From Eutreptiella sp. 'Long Island Sound 2002' (lineage: Eukaryota; Protista; Euglenida), in NCBI GenBank assembly GCA_964036045.1, contig OZ038378.1, positions 13,144,001 through 13,208,000 on the forward strand: a DNA stretch of 64,000 nucleotides, read 5' to 3'. The notes beneath the pieces were generated by a model, which ran no database searches, was not told where the DNA came from, and worked only from the letters and a program-made list of their open reading frames with translations. This document shows, one piece after another, positions 59,584 through 64,000 of this stretch (position 1 is the stretch's first letter; the number at the start of each line of letters is the position of its first letter). Made by a program: the position numbers and the translations under genes.

Positions 59584-60300
59584 GATGCGGATGTTCCCGC
59601 GGCCGAACAGCTCTCCCCAAGCTCTTTGGCACCGGCACCGATGCAGTCTCATGGTCCCATGTGGCCCTCTCAACCTGGCGCTGCTCGTCCCTCTGAGCCT
59701 CCTGAGTCCTCGTTCTCTATCCAATCGGCGACCAGCAGTGCTCAGGTTGCCCCTGACCCTAAACTGGTGGTCCAGTTCTGCACACCTTTGTAGGCGATCC
59801 ATCAGCATCACATCTAGCATATGGGCTAGCACAGAATATAGCTGTACCGTCTGATGCGCTGATGGTTTTTCCCACCGATTTTCCTTTTTTGGGTAGATTT
59901 GGCTGCCACATAGCATGCCATAATGAGGGTGGAAAATTTTTTGCACGGTCCCATGGAACCCGGAAATTTTTGGCTGAATAGTGTTGGTGCCAGTGACAGC
60001 AGTGCGGCATCGAAGGATAGCAGTGCTTGGACAAGCAGTGTTGTCGAGATTAGTAGTGCCGACAACCCCAGCAATTCTGAACCCGAGGCAACCCCTTCTC
60101 CCCCACCGGCCAAGACAGAGTTTCGTCAGACTGCAGTGTGTGTAGGCCAAAGCTCCACTCACCCGGTAGTCCCTGCTGCCATTGATGTGGATGCAGAATC
60201 CAGTTTAGTCCCACTACCCCATTTGTTGAGTGAGGGTGATTTCCTTCCAATGGATATGGAGGTGGCATTTCAACAAGAAAAGGAATCACGAACTAACTGA
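59584..60300 (+). pseudogene. Pro/Ser/Ala-rich exon-like relics, possibly continuing the segment at 50918-51281
   Basis: The acceptor tgtgcag at ~59583 opens DADVPAAEQLSPSSLAPAP...; the second piece 59923-60300 has similar composition. Stops lie between them. Confidence 0.3.
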
Positions 60301-61395
60301 AGTTTTGGAGGGTGGCGGGGGTGGGTGGGGGAAGCAGGCGCTCCGTGACTTGGTCTTCAGTTTGGGGACCCGAGATTGGCCACACCTAGCCATGGTAGCC
60401 GGGGCAGCCTCCACACAATTTCGCTGAAGTTGTGTGGAGGTGGCGGAGCAAGGGGGGGGAGGGGGTGCAAGGGTGAAGGGCATTTGCGGGGGTGGGGGGA
60501 GGCAGGGGAAAATCCGCCAGCCGGCCACCACTGGGACCCTGAGGCATTCTGTCAACTTGCCAGTGCATGCAGGGGATCGGGCACCCAGAGGGCCAACCTT
60601 GGGGCCGCTACAGCGCAACATCATTTTTGGCTTGCGCCCAGGGGATTGGGCGCCCAGCGGGCCACCGCTGGGCCCCTGAGGCATCCTGCCGTGCGATGTC
60701 GTTCATTGCCTGCGCCTAGGGGATCCAGCACCCAGTGGGCCACCACTGGAGCCCTTGAGGCGCACTGTGGAAAGGAGTGGTGGTCCAAGAAAGGGAAGGA
60801 ACCTACGACAAAATTGGGGTGGGCAGAACCAAGGACGACAACGCGGCCACCGTGCAGCCTAAAATCACCCGGGACATCACGCAAGCGCACACGCCACCCG
60901 CGTCAACCATAACGGAGCGCATGCCACGCGCGAAGCGCAGGCTACCCGCGACCATCAAGGAATGCATCATGCACACGCGCGACCCACGGAGTGGTGGAGC
61001 GCATGGGGTGGACGGCCGGTGCAACCCCAGGGGGGGGGGGGGCGACTCCGCGGGTCTAGGACGCCAACCCCCCCCCCCCCCCAAGGGGCCTCCAGCCAAC
61101 AGTTGATTGTTAAAGGTATGAGCCCAAGGAGCCAATCGCCCCCGTAGGCGCCCCGGCGCCAAAGGTGCCCAATGGGGTTATGTAGCCACCTTGCCCACTT
61201 GTGGGCCACTTCTGATTTTGCCCCCCGCTCTGAAGCGGTGGGGACCCCCCAGGCGGCAGGGGTTATGTAGCCACCTTGCCCACTTGTGGGCCACCTCTGA
61301 TTTTGCCCCCCGCTCTGAAGCGGTGGGGACCCCCTAGGCGGCAGGGGTTATGTAGCCACCAACCACGCACCCCAAGAGGATCAAGTCCTCCGGCT

Positions 61396-61462
61396 CCTCC
61401 TCCTCCTCCTCCTCCTCCTCCTCCTCCTCCTCCTCCTCCTCCTCCTCCTCCTCCTCCTCCTC
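61396..61462 (+). repeat. (CCT)~22 microsatellite
   Basis: Perfect trinucleotide run. Confidence 0.97.
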
Positions 61463-61655
61463 GGCATCTTCCGGGGCAGAGCGTTCTCGCCCGTTGCAGA
61501 GTGTAGGGAGGAGGAACTAGGTGTTTAGTTGGCAGCCAAAGAAGAGGTCGGCCACCACAGCATATGATTCTGATAGCTCATCAAGTGAAGGTGAGTTGTT
61601 TAAGTAAGGGATTTTTCTTGTGCCCTTGTTTGCCAGTGCCCCCCCCCTACCCCTG

Positions 61656-61830
61656 TTAGGTCGATGTGTAGAAAGTGTTCCAAGCAGCCACTCTTGGTCT
61701 TAGGCCCCTCCCCCTCTTAGGTCGATGCGTAGAAAGTGTTCCAAGGAGCCACTCTTGGTCTTAGGCCCCTCCCTCCTTAGGTCGATCCGTAGAAAGTGTT
61801 CCAAGGTGTCAATCTTGGTCTCAGGCCCTT
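61656..61830 (+). repeat. 60/61-bp tandem repeat, 3 copies (ttaggtcgatgcgtagaaagtgttccaagg...)
   Basis: Units start at 61656, 61717 and 61777. Confidence 0.92.
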
Positions 61831-61976
61831 CTTTTTCATTCCTCAAAACGTTTGGGGAGAAGGCTCGTGCAAGTGTGGTGTAAGCGGGGAGGGGTGATGT
61901 ACCATCATGGCGGTGTGGTCCGAGGCCACCGCCCCGAGTTGCTATGACCACACTTTTGCAGTTGCATTCCAACCCC

Positions 61977-61978
<2 letters not shown>

Positions 61979-62008
<30 letters not shown>
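61979..62008 (+). repeat. (CA)n microsatellite immediately upstream of the LINE ORF
   Basis: About 14 CA units. Confidence 0.9.
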
Positions 62009-62016
62009 GCCGCCGC

Positions 62017-64000
62017 ATGCGCAAAACGGCGCTGGCCTTCCGTGAGGACCTGCTGCTTCATGAATTTGTGGCCAGTGTCCCTGACCCCTCCCTCCCACTC
62101 ATACGCCCCCTGCCAACGCTGGTAGACTGTATGTCGCTGTATGACAGCCTATGCGCACTGGGGAAAAGATATGCCCGCTATGAAGAGCGCACGCGCATTG
62201 ATAAATGGAAATCCAAAATGGACCAAGCCTGGCTGGACAGGCCAAAGGAGGTTTATCAATGGATACAGAACGAATACCAACCCCCTCTGGTTATGCTCCT
62301 GGACCCGGACACAAGCCAACCAACAGCGAACATCCCCCGCATGGATGAAATTCTTCATGCCTCCTGGGACCAGGTTATGCGAAAATATGCAGACACCCCA
62401 GAGCCAGACGTGCACGCTTTTGCACAGAAGTATGATAAGTTTCTGATAAAGGGGGTGCAGATGCAGTCCACCCCTATCAGTGGATCCCGGCTCGCGAAAC
62501 GCCTTAGAAAGATGGGTGTTCACACAGCCACCGGCCTGGATGGCTGGTGTGTCTCAGACCTTTTGCTGCTGCCCACCTGTCTGCTGGACATGCTGTCAGA
62601 AATTTTATTTCTAGTTGAGGCAACAGGCACCTGGCCCAGGGTCCTGGCGAGGGGATACGTCTCACTGATCCCAAAAGGGGAAGGGATGATGCTGATGCAG
62701 CAGCGCCCACTGTCCGTATTATCCCAGATCTACAGGGTCTGGGCAGGGATCAGGTTAGAGGAGTGCATGGTGTGGCAGGAGCTGTGGATCCACCCGCACG
62801 CATACGGTTTTCGCAAGAAGCGCAGCGCCACTGATGCGGCAGCCTTTATCTCCATGCTCATTGAGCTACACAAACTGATGAAAACGGTTTTGCATGGTTT
62901 TGGATTAGATTACATAAAATGCTTTGATTTAATCCCGCAATCCATTGTACTGCATATTGCACTGACGCAGGGGATGGATTTGGGCACACACAGGGCCCTT
63001 TCCGGCATGTATCGCACCCTCACAAGGTGCTTTAAAATAATGGGCTGTTTGGCCAGTTTTTTCGATGCCACCAATGGCATCCTCCAGGGCTGCCCATTGA
63101 GTGTGATACTCATCAACCTCCTGACCTCGGTCTGGAAACGGGTGCTGGATGCACAGCAACAGGGCATCAAAGTTGCAGTACAGGCCCTCCCCCCCAGCGA
63201 TTAGCCAGCACAGGCCCTGCAATTCATCCTAACTGCCCTTGGGTATGCAGATGATACATATGGGTTTGCAGCCGGAGGCAATACCCTCACCCCCCTGCTA
63301 GACTGCACCACTGACTGGCTTGAAGACACGGGTCAAGGGGTGAACGCAAAGAAATCTGTCGGTTTTTCGTCTGACGCCCGTCACCCTGTGAAGGCAGCAC
63401 TTCCCTATCTCTTCTGAGTTTAAGTCCCTGGGCGCGGGGGTCCGCACCACGGACGCCACTTGTTCGGGACCACTCATCAAGAAAAGGATTTCCAGAGCCT
63501 GCAGCCTCCTGGACAGGGTGCATGGCGCCCAGGGCAATTTTGAAAGGAGATGCGACATCATCTCCACAATGATCACGGCCACTGGCCTACACGCAGCAGA
63601 AATAGTGCCACTTCAGCCCAAAGACCTCCTGCCCTTCGAGACCAAGGTCATGCAGACCATCTGGGGACGATCACGGCCCGGCAGGGCCAAAGAAATCTTT
63701 TTCACACTGCTGTGCAAAGGGCACCGGATTGCACCTACCTTGGTACTTAAGTATCATCACATCCTGTGGTTATCTCAACTGTGTCGCACCAGGGGTGCTG
63801 GACAGATCACTGCCCAGGCCATTTGGGAAACGACAACATTTCACAAAGGCTCCGTCCCATACGGCCGAGCCATGTCCACAGCACAGGAGTGTGGCTGGGT
63901 CGCTACGCAGGGGTGGTGGGGATGGAAAGTGCCTGGGCGCCAGGAACCCCTCCTCCTATACGGGGATAAAAACACCATCAAGCACGAGGTGCGTGAGCAG
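62017..64000 (+). mobile_element. Non-LTR retrotransposon (LINE) reverse transcriptase region, disrupted, running off the window
   Basis: RT motifs TATGLDGW, WP...VSLIPK, RPLSVLSQIYRVW, AYGFRKKRS, LDYIKCFD and GILQGCPLS. YADD is at 63244-63255 in the same frame after a TAG at 63202-63204, followed by VNAKKS. Frameshifts occur near 63390 and 63870. Confidence 0.95.

Noticed and set aside
61276-61506. Poly-proline ORF
   Set aside because: Translation of the (CCT)n microsatellite.

Overview
Eukaryotic nuclear DNA, repeat-rich and gene-poor. The source is probably a photosynthetic euglenid; this is inferred from a two-hydrophobic-segment (class I-type) plastid presequence, TTAGGG tracts and GT-AG introns. 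Two long intronless genes look intact, both on the minus strand. 14149-15261 encodes a fusion of a pseudo-receiver (CheY-like) domain, tandem C2H2 fingers and a Nudix hydrolase. 24817-27021 encodes a putatively plastid-targeted DEDDy 3'-5' exonuclease flanked by dsRNA-binding-like domains. The clearest mobile element is a complete 3,280-bp P-superfamily-like DNA transposon (51617-54896) with ~25-bp TIRs and a perfect 8-bp TSD. Its two ORFs join through a phase-0 GT-AG intron into a 716-aa protein that seems to lack most of the catalytic core. The rest is nested TE debris: LINE RT and RNase H fragments, Harbinger/ISL2EU-like and MULE-like relics, MITEs, degraded spliced genes, an LRR pseudogene, mini/microsatellites, a 240-bp near-perfect inverted repeat and a 53-bp-stem hairpin. 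No rRNA, tRNA, SL RNA or CRISPR array could be supported. All protein-family calls are by-eye motif recognition; no database search was run.
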